Assembly: GCA_951406725.2 (NCBI GenBank)
Contig: OX597814.1
Coordinates: 205,530,001 to 205,594,000, forward strand
Reading direction: 5' to 3'
Source of the DNA: Octopus vulgaris
Taxonomy: Eukaryota
DNA length: 64,000 bases
Both the position numbers and the translations under genes were made by a program. Position 1 is the first letter of the stretch, and each line of letters starts with the position of its first letter. Below the pieces are notes generated by a model. It did no database searches. It was not told the origin of the DNA and saw nothing but the letters and a program-made list of their open reading frames with translations. Of this stretch, positions 37,965-49,926 are shown piece by piece.

Positions 37965-38535
37965 ATCATCATCGTTTAACATCTGCTTTCCATGCTAGCA
38001 TGGGTTGGACGATTTCACCGAGGACTGGTGAACCAGATAGCTGCACCAGGCTCCAATCTGATCTGGCAGAGTTTCTACAGCTGGATGCCCTTCCTAATGC
38101 CAACCACTTTGAGAGTGTAGTGGGTGTTTTTACATGCCACTAGCACAAGGGCCAGTCAGGTGGTACTGGCAACAACCTCACTCAAATGGTGTTTTTTACG
38201 TTCCACCTGCACAGGAGCCAGTCCAGTGGCACTGGCAATGACCTCACTCAAATGCTTTTCATGTGCCACCAGCATTTTTACATGCCACCAGCACGGAAGC
38301 CAGTCAGCTGCTCTGGCAACGATCATGGTTGGATGGTGCTCTTAGCACTCCACTGGCACGGGTGCCAGTCATCGAATTTGATTTGATTTCAATTTCACTT
38401 GCCTTAACAGGTCTTTGCAAGCAGAGTTTAGTGTCCAATGAAGGAAAGATATGCATAAATGGGCTGGTTACACCCTTGGCATAGGCCACGGGTTATGGTC
38501 TCACTTGGCTTGCTGGGTCTTCTCACACACTGCAT
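37965..38535 (-). mobile_element. RTE 3' UTR element, complete from the RT stop region to the (GAT)n tail
   Basis: 5' boundary TATGCAGTGTGTGAGAAGACC, the same as the copies at 5953 and 6920; several UTR units. Confidence 0.88.
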
Positions 38536-39081
38536 ATACTTTACTTGGAAACTGGTAAGGGTTGGAAACAAGACGGGCATGCAGCCATAGAAAAACCTGC
38601 CTCTATAACATCATCATCATCATTTAACGTCTGCTTTCCATGCTAGCATGGTTTGAACAATTTGACTGAGGACTGGTGAACTAGATGGCTGCACCAGGCT
38701 CCAATCTGATCTGGCAGAGTTTCTACTGCTGGATGCCCTTCCTAACATCAACCACTCCAAGAGTGTAGTGGGTGCTTTTACATGCCTCCAGCACGAGGGC
38801 CAGTTTTGTGGTACTGGCAACGGCCACACCCAAATGATGCTTTTTACGTGCCACCTGCACAGGAGCCAGTCCATGAACATTAAAACGGTGATAATGACTA
38901 CTTATGTTTGCAGACATTTTAATGGGAGAGAAGCCGAAAAAAATCCTATCGAGCTATTAATTGATATAAAAAATTAGGTCAGACATTAGAACCCTTTAGA
39001 GTCACTTAAAAGATTACATTAAAGTAAATTTCCAGTTTTCATCTGCCTTTATAAGTTAATGATAATCTGATTAATTTACAA

Positions 39082-39470
39082 GGTGTAGGAATGGCTGTGT
39101 GGTAAGTAGCTTGCTTACCAACCACATGGTTCCGGGTTCAGTCCTACTGCGTGGCACCTTGGGCAAGTGTCTTCTACTATAGCCTCTGGCTGACCAAAGC
39201 CTTGTGAGTGGATTTGGTAGACGGAAACTGAAAGAAGCCTGTTGTATATATGTATGTGTGTGTATATGTTTGTCCCCCAACATCGCTTGACAACCGATAC
39301 TGGTGTGTTTACGTCCCCGTAACTTAGCGGTTCGGCAAAAGAGACCGATAGAATAAGTAATAGGCATCCCCCCAAAAAAAGTCCTGGGGTTGATTTACTC
39401 GGCTAAAGGTGGTGCTCCAGCATGGCCGCAGTCAAATGACTGAAACAAGTAAAAGAGTAAAGGAGAGAGA
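39082..39470 (+). mobile_element. major tRNA-SINE, full length
   Basis: Head GGTGTAGGAATGGCTGTGTGG, B box GGTTCAGTCC, tail GACTGAAACAAGTAAAAGAG. Confidence 0.9.
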
Positions 39471-40188
39471 GTAAGAATAATAATGTCAAATATTTTGAAT
39501 GAGCAGATCCTGTGTTAAAAGAGCATGAAGCACTGTGGTAAGTAATGTTACAATTATATGGATAACACTGGCAATGTATTTATTTGAGGGGTTGGCCTCA
39601 GGTGACGTTGGTTTATGGGGGTCAGGATTTGTTTGTATTAAATTGTGAAGGGATGAAGCAGATTAAAGTCTATTTTCTTTGTTCATTGCAAATAGATTGT
39701 CTCTTTGAAGACAGCATGTAAAATACATGCCATATGCTTACATACATACATGCACACATACATACGTACATACACACATATGTACATACACACATATGTA
39801 CATACATACATATGTACGTACATACATAAATAAGTACATGCGTACGTATGTATGTACATACATACACACATACATACGTACATACACACATAAATACATA
39901 CATACATACATCATCACATACGTACAAACACACATGCATACATACATACATACATACATGTATTATGTAGATAAGGTTAAAATCCAAGCTGTGTGTTCTT
40001 GAATCACATCTGCTTACTTCATTTTTTCAAATCCATATGTTGATGTTATATTTGTGCGAGGTGTGCATAAGAGTTGAAAATATCAAAACAAGAAATTGCA
40101 AACGTTTTTGGTTGGTACATATGTACTTTTTGACACCACCTCATGCATATATATATATATATGAGTAGACAAACGAAAGAAGGACACT

Positions 40189-40218
<30 letters not shown>

Positions 40219-40219
<1 letters not shown>

Positions 40220-40448
40220 CAGATCCGCAACCCGGAAGGAGAGGGGGTTTTCTCCGTCCGGGTTGTGGATCCGTGGAATAAGCTGCTGAATGAGATAGTG
40301 AAGATGCCGACGACCGCTCGGTTCAAAGTCTCCTTTGACCACAAATGGCCTGAACTCTATGCATGAACACCACCCTGTACATAACTCCATGTCCCCCTAC
40401 ATGGCCTAGCTTTTTGCTTTTTGAACCAAAAAATTAACTTAACTTAAC
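40219..40448 (+). mobile_element. CR1 LINE 3' end inside (CA)n
   Basis: FSVRVVDPWNKLLNEIV..PTTARFKVSFDHKW*, short UTR, (AACTT)n tail. Confidence 0.8.
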
Positions 40449-40726
40449 ACACACACACACATATCTTTGGTCCTGGCAGGGCATTTCCAGAGCAGAACTC
40501 AGCCCAAGTTTTGGGCTATCAACACTGTTGAATTCCAGACTAATACTGAAAATTCTTCAAGTGTAGAGAATCTTGCATTCATGATGGTAAAGCCATTGTG
40601 TCGGTGTGGTGAAGAGTAAACTATAATCTAAATAATAAGAACACAAAGAAATCCTTTAAGATTTCTTTAACATTAAAGATATGTTAAAGGATTTGTTCAA
40701 CACCACATCAGTGGATAAAATTTCCT

Positions 40727-40928
40727 TATTTATGGAGTAAGCTACTATTGGTTTCATGTTAAGAGAAAAATCCCTTAATATTTATCAAGCCTGCCACATG
40801 GAACATTGGTGTTTGTTTCATTTAATCCAAGACAGAGATGAACACCAATATTTCATGTGGCAGGTTTGATAATTGTTAATGGATTTCTATCTTAACATGA
40901 AACCAATGGTAGCTTTAATCCATAAATA
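40727..40928. repeat. imperfect inverted repeat (~90-bp arms), MITE-like
   Basis: TATTTATGGA..GCTACTATTGGTTTCATGTTAAGA..CCTGCCACATGGAACATTGGTGTT pairs with AACACCAATATTTCATGTGGCAGG..TCTTAACATGAAACCAATGGTAGC..TCCATAAATA. Confidence 0.85.
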
Positions 40929-40934
40929 GAGCAT

Positions 40935-40966
<32 letters not shown>

Positions 40967-41539
40967 ACATACAGACAAATAAGTGTGTGCACATACATGA
41001 GTGCATGTACACATACAAGCAAAGCTATGTATGTAGTTGTATGTTAGACTGAAAAAAAAATTATAGTTTTCATGTGGAATATTAAATGATATATATATAT
41101 GTATATATATATTCCCTCAAATAATAATTATTATATATATATATATATTTTTTTTTTTTTCTGAGAGTTTGGAAATCTTCATAGTTTTATAAAGCGAAAA
41201 TGAAATGAAACATACCTGAATATCTGTTGATTAAGTTGATACTTTTAGTAAGACACGGTTTCCTTGTCACACAATCAGATAGGTTGAGACATTGGCTGAG
41301 TCTTCTGTGCTGATGCAATTAATTTGCAATTAGGATATTCTTGGCTGGGGGTCACCACAAACTTCTAACAATTACATACATATATATATATATATACATT
41401 CATACATATATATGTTTGTTTTATCTTTTACTGTGTGATATTTGATGATGAGGAGGAGGAGGATGATGATGAGGATGATGAAAATTTCCAAGATTTTCAG
41501 TTTGTGTGAAATACTTTGAATTTTCCAGATAGTTTTTGC

Positions 41540-41820
41540 TTTCAATGCATCCTGTTGGGCCACATGCTGACCAAAGTAATCACTTGATTTTGCAGGTCTT
41601 CTTTTATGTACTACATAAATGTGTGTGTGTGTGTGTGTGTACACACCTTCAAGTCGACGTAGAAGAGGAATACGTAACTTGAACCGGTGTCTCTCAGCTT
41701 TGCAATGGTACTCAAGGATGTAGTAATGCGTTCGTTTGGTCAATAATCTTTTTATGTTGTGTAGAGTGGAGGAGTAGAGATTAGCAAAACAGTCAGAGAG
41801 ACATGTTCACACCTGTTTTA
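41540..41820 (-). pseudogene. possible decayed channel S6/C-linker segment
   Basis: Frameshifted ITTSLSTIAKLR / HRFKLRIPLLRR / YIKEDLQNQVI..MW resembles the C-linker of CNBD channels. Weak. Confidence 0.3.
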
Positions 41821-42359
41821 GAGCAACTAAAATATCCGCTGAGATAAGGACCTAAGGTTAGGGCTCCTCCTTCATATATTTATAACATTATCCCATTATC
41901 CTATTGCTTCGGTCATCAGAACAATGTTGACTTTAGTCAGATTGAAGTACACTTAAAAAGCTATCTATTGCCTTTTTGTTCAACTGGAGAGGATTATTTG
42001 TCAGTGCCATTTTCGACTTGGGAGATAGTAAATAACCATTATGAGCTGACAAAAGTATCTCAATGTCATGCTTCATGGAAATATTAGCTTATTTGTTGAA
42101 ACAGAACAGCTTTATTAGTTACAAGATATTTAGGTCAGCTTTAGAAATGAGATTCTGTAAAAATTCTGATAAATATTTCTGTGATTCTTTAAGTTATTTA
42201 AAATAACGAGAAAAAATGTTAAAATTAAACACATTTGATTAACTCTCATAGATATCTTATTAAACTCTTGTGGCATATCTGATTGTCTTATTTGGAATAT
42301 TTACCTGAATGGTTGTTGTGAAGTATGTGATTGACCCTTGTGGAGTATTTATTTAATTA

Positions 42360-42890
42360 AATTCGATGACTGGCATCCGTACTAGTAGGGTATTAAGAGC
42401 ACCATCTGAGCGTGATTGTTGCCAGAGTGGCTAACTGGCTTCTGTGTAGGTGGCACATAAAAGACACCATTCAAGCGTGATTGTTACCAGCGTCGCCTTA
42501 CTGGCACCTGTACCGGTGGCATGTGTAAAATGATTTGAGTGAGGTCATTGTCAGTACCGCCTGACTGGCCCCCATGCCGTGGCACATAAGAGGGCACCAT
42601 TTGAGCGTGATCGTTACCAGTGTCACCTTACTTGCACCTGTACCAGTGGAATGTGTAAAAATATTCAAGTGAGGTCGTTGCCAGTACCACCTGACTGGCC
42701 CCGTGCCGGTGGCACATAAAAAGCACCAACTACACTCTTGGAGTGGTTGGCGTTAGGAAGGGCATCCAGCTGTATAAACTGCCAGATCAAGATTGGAGCC
42801 TGGTGCAGCCATCTGGTTCGCCAGCCCTCAATCAAAATCGTCCAACCCATGCTAGCATGGAAAGCGGAGGTTAAACGATGATGATGATGT
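42360..42890 (+). mobile_element. RTE 3' UTR with five full ~62-66-bp units plus terminal unit and (GAT)n tail
   Basis: Repeated GT(G/A)CCGGTGGCAC.TAAAA..CACC-AT.TGAGCGTG.TCGTT-(G/A)CCAG..CTGGC units. Confidence 0.88.
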
Positions 42891-43679
42891 TGTGGTATAA
42901 ATGAATGGCTGTTGTGGAATATTTGAATGAATGTGGCTGAATATTTATCTGAATGGTTGTGGAGTACAAAAACAAATAGCTGTTGTGGAGTACCTTCATC
43001 ATGTATACCTGTTTCTGTGTCTCTGTCTCACTATCATCTTTCATCTGACACAAGACCACCTCCTCCCCTCTCAGAAGATTTTTGTTTGTCTTGTAAGGTA
43101 ACTGGTAACCCTGTCAGTGCAGGTAGCACTTAATAAGCATCCAGTCCACACTTTCCTGCTATTGCCCTTAATTCTCTCCACTCTCATTGCCTTGACATAA
43201 CTACTGCAACCACTACCTACAAGCTTCTCCTATATTTCTCTCTATCGTTTGATACAGTCACCTCATCCTGCCCACTCAACCAGCTCAAGACTCTATATCG
43301 CCTGACCTATTCTTGTCACCTCCAATGCCCCTCGATGGCATGTCCCAACATATCTTCTCCATCACTTCTCTCACTACCATTTTCATCTTACCATTCAACT
43401 CATTTTCCTTTGTTTTCTAACTTGGGTATCCATGTATCTGTTTCACAGCAAAACACCTATATCTGTTCCCTCATCATATTCATCATGATTGTTTAATGTC
43501 TTCCTTCAATGCTGGCATGGGTTGGATGGTTTGACAGGAGCCAGGCAGGCAGAAGCCTACCCCAGACTTCTGTGACTGTTTTGGCAGGAGTTTTACGGCT
43601 GGATGCCCTTCCTAACACCAACCACTCAGCAGAGTGGACCTAGTGCTTTTCACATGGCACAAGAACAGGCAAGGTTTTT

Positions 43680-43907
43680 ACAGCTGTCAAAAGCTTTCTC
43701 CATGTTGACAAAGGCTAAGTACAATGGCTTACTTTTGGCCAAGTACTTTTCCTGCAGCTGTCTTACTAGGAAGATGGCATCTGTGGTACTCTTCCCAGGT
43801 ACAAAACCAAACTGCATCTCATCTAGTTTAATTCTATTCTTAATCAATTTAGCTATAACCCTCTCAGTAAGTTTTATGACTTTGTCTAGCAGTTTAATAC
43901 CTCTGTA
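43680..43907 (-). mobile_element. RTE RT-domain fragment
   Basis: YRGIKLLD, LDEMQFGFVPGKSTTDAIFLVRQLQEKYL..KPLYLAFVNMEKAFD. Confidence 0.92.
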
Positions 43908-44509
43908 GCCAGTGGCATGTAAAAAGCACTATCCAAATGTGATCGATGCCCACCTGACTGGCTCCTGTGCCGGTGGCACATAAAAAGCACCCACTACACT
44001 CTCAGAGTGGTTGGTGTTAAGAAGGGCATCCAGCTGTAGAAACATCACCAGATCAGATTGGAGCCTGGTGCAGCCACTGGCTCTCGAGACATCAGTCAAG
44101 CTGTTCAGCCCAACCCAGCATGGAAAACAGACATTAAACGATGATGTAGCTGTTTCTATCTAAGGCATCATCTTTACCCTTGTAGCAGCTATGTACCTTA
44201 AATCTCTCAACTGACACAAAGCCACACCCACTACTCCCCCTCCTCCCAGTCGAGTTGTTTTTAGTACTTGGTGACCCTATTGGTGTTGTGCCATGTGAAA
44301 AGCACTGGTACTGGTGCTGCGTAAAAAGCACTGGTGATGGTGCCTCATAAGAAAGCATCCAGTACACACTGTATAGTAGCTGGCATTAGCAAAGGCATAC
44401 AGCTGTTGAAACCAAACGAAAACAGACAATGGAACTTAATGTGGCTCTTGGCCTTGCCACTGCCTGTAAAACTGTCCAACTCATGTCAGCATGGAAAACT
44501 GACATTAAA

Positions 44510-44616
44510 CGATGAGGATGATGATGATGATGATGACGACAACGACGATGACGGTGGCGGCGACTACTACTACTACTGCTACCACGACCACCACCACGAC
44601 CACCACGACCACCACC

Positions 44617-44681
<65 letters not shown>

Positions 44682-44691
44682 CACTACCACC

Positions 44692-44742
<51 letters not shown>
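44510..44742. repeat. compound trinucleotide repeat (GAT)(GAC)(TAC)(CAC)n
   Basis: Grows out of an RTE (GAT)n tail. Confidence 0.95.
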
Positions 44743-44744
<2 letters not shown>

Positions 44745-44878
44745 AGACTAATTTCCATGTTAGATTGAATAGTCTGCAGTTCAGGAAGTACAATGTTGCA
44801 TGCAGCTAAGACAGAAGAATCTTTATTAAGCTAAAAGTCTTTTAGATGAGAACCAAGATTTGTGACAGCTGAACATTA

Positions 44879-45102
44879 TTCTTTTATTCTTTTACTTGTT
44901 TCAGCCATTTGACTGCGGCCATGCTGGAGCACCGCTTTTAGTCAGACAAATCGACCCCAGGACTTATTCTCTGTGAGCCTAGTATTCTATCGGTCACTTT
45001 TGCTGAACTGATAAGTTATGGGGATGTAAACACACCAACATTGGTTGCCAAGTGATGGTGGTAAGACACAAATACATATATACATATATACGTATATATA
45101 TG

Positions 45103-45133
<31 letters not shown>

Positions 45134-45310
45134 CTACATCTATATATATAAATATATATAATATATATATACTACCAAATTCACTTACAAGGCTTTGGTT
45201 GGCTTCAGGCTATAGTAGAAGAGACTTGCTCAAGGTGCCATGCAGTGGATTGAACCCAGAACTATGTGGTTGGGAAGCAAGTTTCTTACCACACACCTAC
45301 TCCTGTGCCT
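44879..45310 (-). mobile_element. major tRNA-SINE, near full length
   Basis: Reverse complement of the 39082 family. Confidence 0.85.
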
Positions 45311-45447
45311 ATGGTTATGATTTCTCAAAATGTTATTCCTGTGACCCTTAACCCTACATTAGTCCCATGGGTTGCTTTGTTACCCACAGATTGTTTGTGA
45401 GTGTTTGTTATTTCTAATTGGCAACTTGTTTTTTTTTTTTGCTCCCT

Positions 45448-46870
45448 CTCACTGTCCTGCACGCGATTGTGCAATGCCCCAAGGTGACTGAGTTCTGGGA
45501 TTATGTTGAACACCTGCTGTCGCATACGAGAAGAGTACAGCGGTCGAGCGAATCTGTAATTAAGATCGTTCCGCCGACCTCCCTGAATAGGAAGGAGCGA
45601 GCCTGTTTTCTCTTGGTAGTTGCTGTGGCGAAAGAGATAGAATGGAAGACGAGAGTGAAAGGAATTGCAACAGGCATGTTCATCTCCAGTCTCGAGCTAA
45701 TCAACTTTTTTGTTTTCCACATGAAACAGAAAATAAGGCTGGAGAAGAAATGCCTGTCGCAAAGTGTGTTTCATAAAAGATGGAAGGGATCTTTTCCTTT
45801 TGAACGGCAGTTTGTAACATAATTTCTAGGTAACTAAAAAGTTTTAAACTTCGTATACTGGTAGAATGTGTTTATAAAACATCATTTTCTCTTGGTTTTA
45901 TTGAGAATATTCTATAGTTTGTAAGATATTTCGTCTGAAAAATCCGAGCATTTCGGCAATTTTAACCAATCGATTACCTCCATTGAACTAAAATCATTTG
46001 CTACATCTAAAACTGAGACAACATCCTGTAACTAACCCTAACCCTAATCTTTTTTTTCTTAATTGTTAAATTAATTTAATTGTTATGCGTGTAAAAAAAA
46101 CCGAAAGCAATGAAAAATGATTTAAATAATTAACAAACATAATAATTCTATAATTTTATACACACGCTTTCCGTATGTATACAGAAAGCGTGTGTATAAA
46201 ATTATAGAATTATTTTGTTTGTTAATTGTTTAAATCATAATTGTTTAAATTATTTTCCATTGCTTTAGTTTTTTTTTTACACGCGTAACAATTGAATTAA
46301 TTTAACAATTAAGAAAAAAAATTTAGGGTTAGGGTTAGGGGAGGTTTAGGGTTAGTTACAGGATGTTGTCTCAGTTTTAGATGCAGCAAATGATTTTAGC
46401 TCAAAGGAGAGCATAGGATTGGTTAAAATTCGAAAAATTAAACTACATTAAACAAACAAATTACAATTTTCTCAAGAAAGCCAAGAAAAAAAATGCTTTA
46501 TTTTGACACATTCTACCAGTATGCAAAGTTTTAAAGTGTTTAGTTAACTAGAAATTGTCTGCTGTTCAAAAGGAAAAGATCCGATGGAAGTCTATAGCAA
46601 GTATGTTGCAAGTGAAAGAACCTGTTTAAACGAGAATATAAAAAAGGAGAAAGCAAAGTCTTCAGTGTGAGTCTGTGGTTTGTGGGGTCGACCGCGTCCT
46701 CTGCTTCGTTTTTTGTTAATCACTCATTCTCATTTAATTGTATATATTTTAATTGTTTGTTTATTCATACATTTCGTCTTATTCTATACCCTGACCCCAA
46801 TGTTTGTTTTGTCTGTCCTCGTATCGTCCCCTCTTTTTCCCAACCTTATGGTGAATAAAGAAATTCTCTC
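45448..46870 (+). mobile_element. Tx1/L1-like LINE 3' end interrupted by a fold-back transposon
   Basis: TVLHAIVQCPKVTEFW...AKEIEWKTR...FHKRWK continues after the insertion as SIASMLQVKEPV*, then UTR with AATAAA. Confidence 0.82.
45787..46582. mobile_element. 796-bp fold-back (palindromic) non-autonomous DNA transposon
   Basis: Termini GGATCTTTTCCTTTTGAAC and GTTCAAAAGGAAAAGATCC; 8-bp TSD GATGGAAG at 45779-45786 and 46583-46590; arms pair to a centre near 46177; internal CCCTAA/TTAGGG repeats. Confidence 0.93.
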
Positions 46871-48797
46871 AACGACTCCCCTGGCTCACTGAGGGTGTGT
46901 AGCTTGTGGTGTAAAGTTGTAGCTCAGTTGTCACGTGAAGCAGACATTACTTTGTTTTCAACCAGTGGGGAATCAGAGTGATCAGTAATGGCTGAATAAC
47001 GAACTTACATTGATTTCTCTTTCATTTCTTTCACAATATATTTCCATTTCATGGCTATTTTTGATTAATAAAACTTTTCTTTGTCATTCTACTGGTGCGT
47101 TTCACCCACAATTTACAACATGATTGCGTAACAAATTTATAATAATTTCCATTTCAATGAATAACTATATCCTCAGTTCAAGTTTTGATTTAATCTATAT
47201 TGTAACGGAGATTGCCTGTTTATGTTATTTGTTTCAGCTGTATGATAATATACATAACTGTAACACTATAAGCATGATTTAAATAATTAACAAACATAAT
47301 AATTCCAGGGGACTATCCAGTTTCGGAAATCCAGGGTGACTGACACAAGCTTCATGATTTGTGGAGTAATGTATACATTTTAGGTTGTTCCTTCATAAAA
47401 TACCTTCAGCATTAGAATTAGATTTTGTTTTTGTATTTGTTTTGAAACATTCTTTTATGTGAATTCATGGGTTGGAGCATGTTCTGTTGTATTTGGAGAG
47501 GGTCATTCTCTTTTAGTGCCTCATTACTTAACACAGTCACCAGTTCAATTTCCACTCGTTTACTTATTTATTTTTTCTAAAATTTTCATTGCCTCTTGCA
47601 ACCTTTTCGTTAGTCGTTAACTCTGTCCGTTATCAGAGCTGCATTCTTTTTGCTTGTTTGTTTGTTTGTGTTCATGTGTGTGTGCCAGTGTGCATATTAT
47701 CATCATCATCATCATAATCATCGCTTAACATCTGTTTTCCATGCGAGCATGGGTTGGACAGTTCGACCAGGGTCTGGGAAGCCAGGAGGTTGCACCAGGC
47801 TCCAGTCTGATCTGGCAGTGTTTCTTCAGCCGCATGCCCTTCCTAACACCAGCTGAAACAAATAGTGTAAAGACTCTAACATTTGATGGGTCCTGTTGAA
47901 TTTATTCTACCAAACGTTGTAGTTAGGTTGTTAACACATTGTTTGTCATTGTCGTTTAGTTGCAAGTCAATCCTGTGTGGTTAAGGAGTGTGGTCTAGTG
48001 GTTAAGGTGTTGTACTCATGATCATAAGATTGTGGTTTCCGTTCTCTGCATTGTGTTCTTGAGCCAAACACTTTATTTCACATTGCTCCAGTTTACTTAT
48101 TTGTAAAAGAGTTCTAGCAATAACTGGAAAGTTAACCCTGCAACAGATCAACTGCCAATTTCATCCCATTTGGTCCATCTATTCCATTTATTCGTCCCAT
48201 CCATCCACCCACTCTGTCCATTTGCCCCATCCATCCTAGCCATCTCATATCCCATCCATCCTGGGTCACCCACACTGTTTGTCCCTCTAACCATTCCCCT
48301 TACACACACTCCAAAATTGTTTATTATTATTTGTGGTACACTTTAGAACTAATAAACATATTATAATGTATTTTCTACCTAAAGTTAAAATGTATCAGAA
48401 AAGGGATTTACACATTTTAACCTATAAATATAAATGATTTAAATGACAGAAAATTAATTAATTATTTCTTTATTCATAAATTGAAACATAATTATTTTGA
48501 CTTTATATTTAGAATTTCAGTCTGTGTTATAACATTTTTTGTCATTGTCCCCCTAGTAACAGTTTGCAGTACATCAGTGATGTTACTATGCATGTAGCAG
48601 CAACTCAAAGCACACCTGTGCATTACTATGCACCTAGTCACATCTTGCAGCATGCTAACATGTCATTGTGCACCTCACTACAACTCATGTTACACTATTG
48701 TATCCCTGTGCTCTTAGTTACAGCTTGCAGCAAACCAACGTCTAACTGTGCACCTAGTTTATCTTGCACAGTACAGCAGTATGCCACTTTGCAGCTA

Positions 48798-49103
48798 GTG
48801 GAGGCACATGGCCTAGTGGTTAGAGCAGCGGATACGCAGTCGAGAGATCGCGGGTTTGGATCTCAGACCAGGTGATCTGTGTGTTTATGAACGAAACACC
48901 TAAGCTCCACGCGGCTCCGGCAGAAGGTAATGGCGAACTTCTGCTGACTCTTTCGCCACAACTTTCTCTCACTCTTTCCTCCTACATTTTACAGCTCACC
49001 TGCAATGGACTGGCGTCCCATCCGGGTAGGGAACCTATACACCAAGGAAACCGGGAAACCGGCCCTTATGAACCAGGCATGGCTTGAGAAGGAACAAACA
49101 AAA
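48798..49103 (+). mobile_element. tRNA-SINE (distinct family) with 10-bp TSD
   Basis: A box TGGCCTAGTGG, degenerate B box, CCTGCAATGGACTGGCGTCCCATCC domain, (AACA)n end. TSD TTTGCAGCTA at 48788-48797 and 49104-49113. Confidence 0.88.
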
Positions 49104-49926
49104 TTTGCAGCTACCTACAGCTTGTAGTAAAACAGTATGTAACATGTACCTAGAAACAACTTGTAGTAAACCAATATGCCACTCTGCAACTAGCTCGTGC
49201 ACACATATGCCGTTGTCCACCTTACTTACAACTTGTCCTGCATGAGTGAGCTACGATGCACTACTTACCTAAAATAAAGACAAAAGAAAGATACCTGCTT
49301 AATAGACAACTATGCATCCCCTTCCTCCCCAAGTGCTCTATACTCATCTTACTGCAAATGCATCCCATTGTTATCTCTCCGGCATTGCTGTAGCCTGACT
49401 CTTACCCTGTCCCACTTTTCTATCCCACCATGCCTCCACATAGCTTTACCATCCTTCTAGGTACAAGTTTGAACTTCAATCAGTAACATACAGGAGTTGA
49501 AAGTGAACTTTAATTAAACTCACCTAATTTGTCTTCATTATGAGTCCAAGAAGACCAAAGAAAGTTAAAAAGTGTATCCAACTTTCTTCCTCCACACATT
49601 AGAATAAATACAATCATAAATATGCAGATGCAGATATGGTTGTGTGGTTAAGAAATTTGCTCCTCAACCACATGGTTTCAGGTTCGGTCTCACAGCATGG
49701 CACCTTGGGCAAGTGTTTTCTACTATAGCTTTCAACTAGCCAAAGACTTGTGAGTGGATTTGGCGGATGGAAACTGAAAGAAGCCCATTGTGTGTTTGTG
49801 TAATTTCTGGCCTTGCTAGCTCCTGTTAAACCATTCAGCTGATACCAGCACAGAAAACAGATGTTAAGTGATGAGGACAATGATGATGATGATGATGACA
49901 CATACATACATATATGTGTGTGTATA

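Noticed and set aside
42380-42730. CRISPR-like repeat-spacer appearance (conserved ~24-nt block plus ~40-nt variable segment)
   Set aside because: The spacers are homologous to each other, the array is part of an RTE 3' UTR, the DNA is eukaryotic and there are no cas genes.
46030-46356. TTAGGG/CCCTAA repeats as an interstitial telomere or fusion site
   Set aside because: Only 2-4 units, placed symmetrically inside a TSD-flanked fold-back transposon.
48798-48875. SINE heads as additional tRNA genes (also 8725-8799, 39082, 53834, 59143)
   Set aside because: They have A/B boxes but no complete cloverleaf and continue into SINE bodies.
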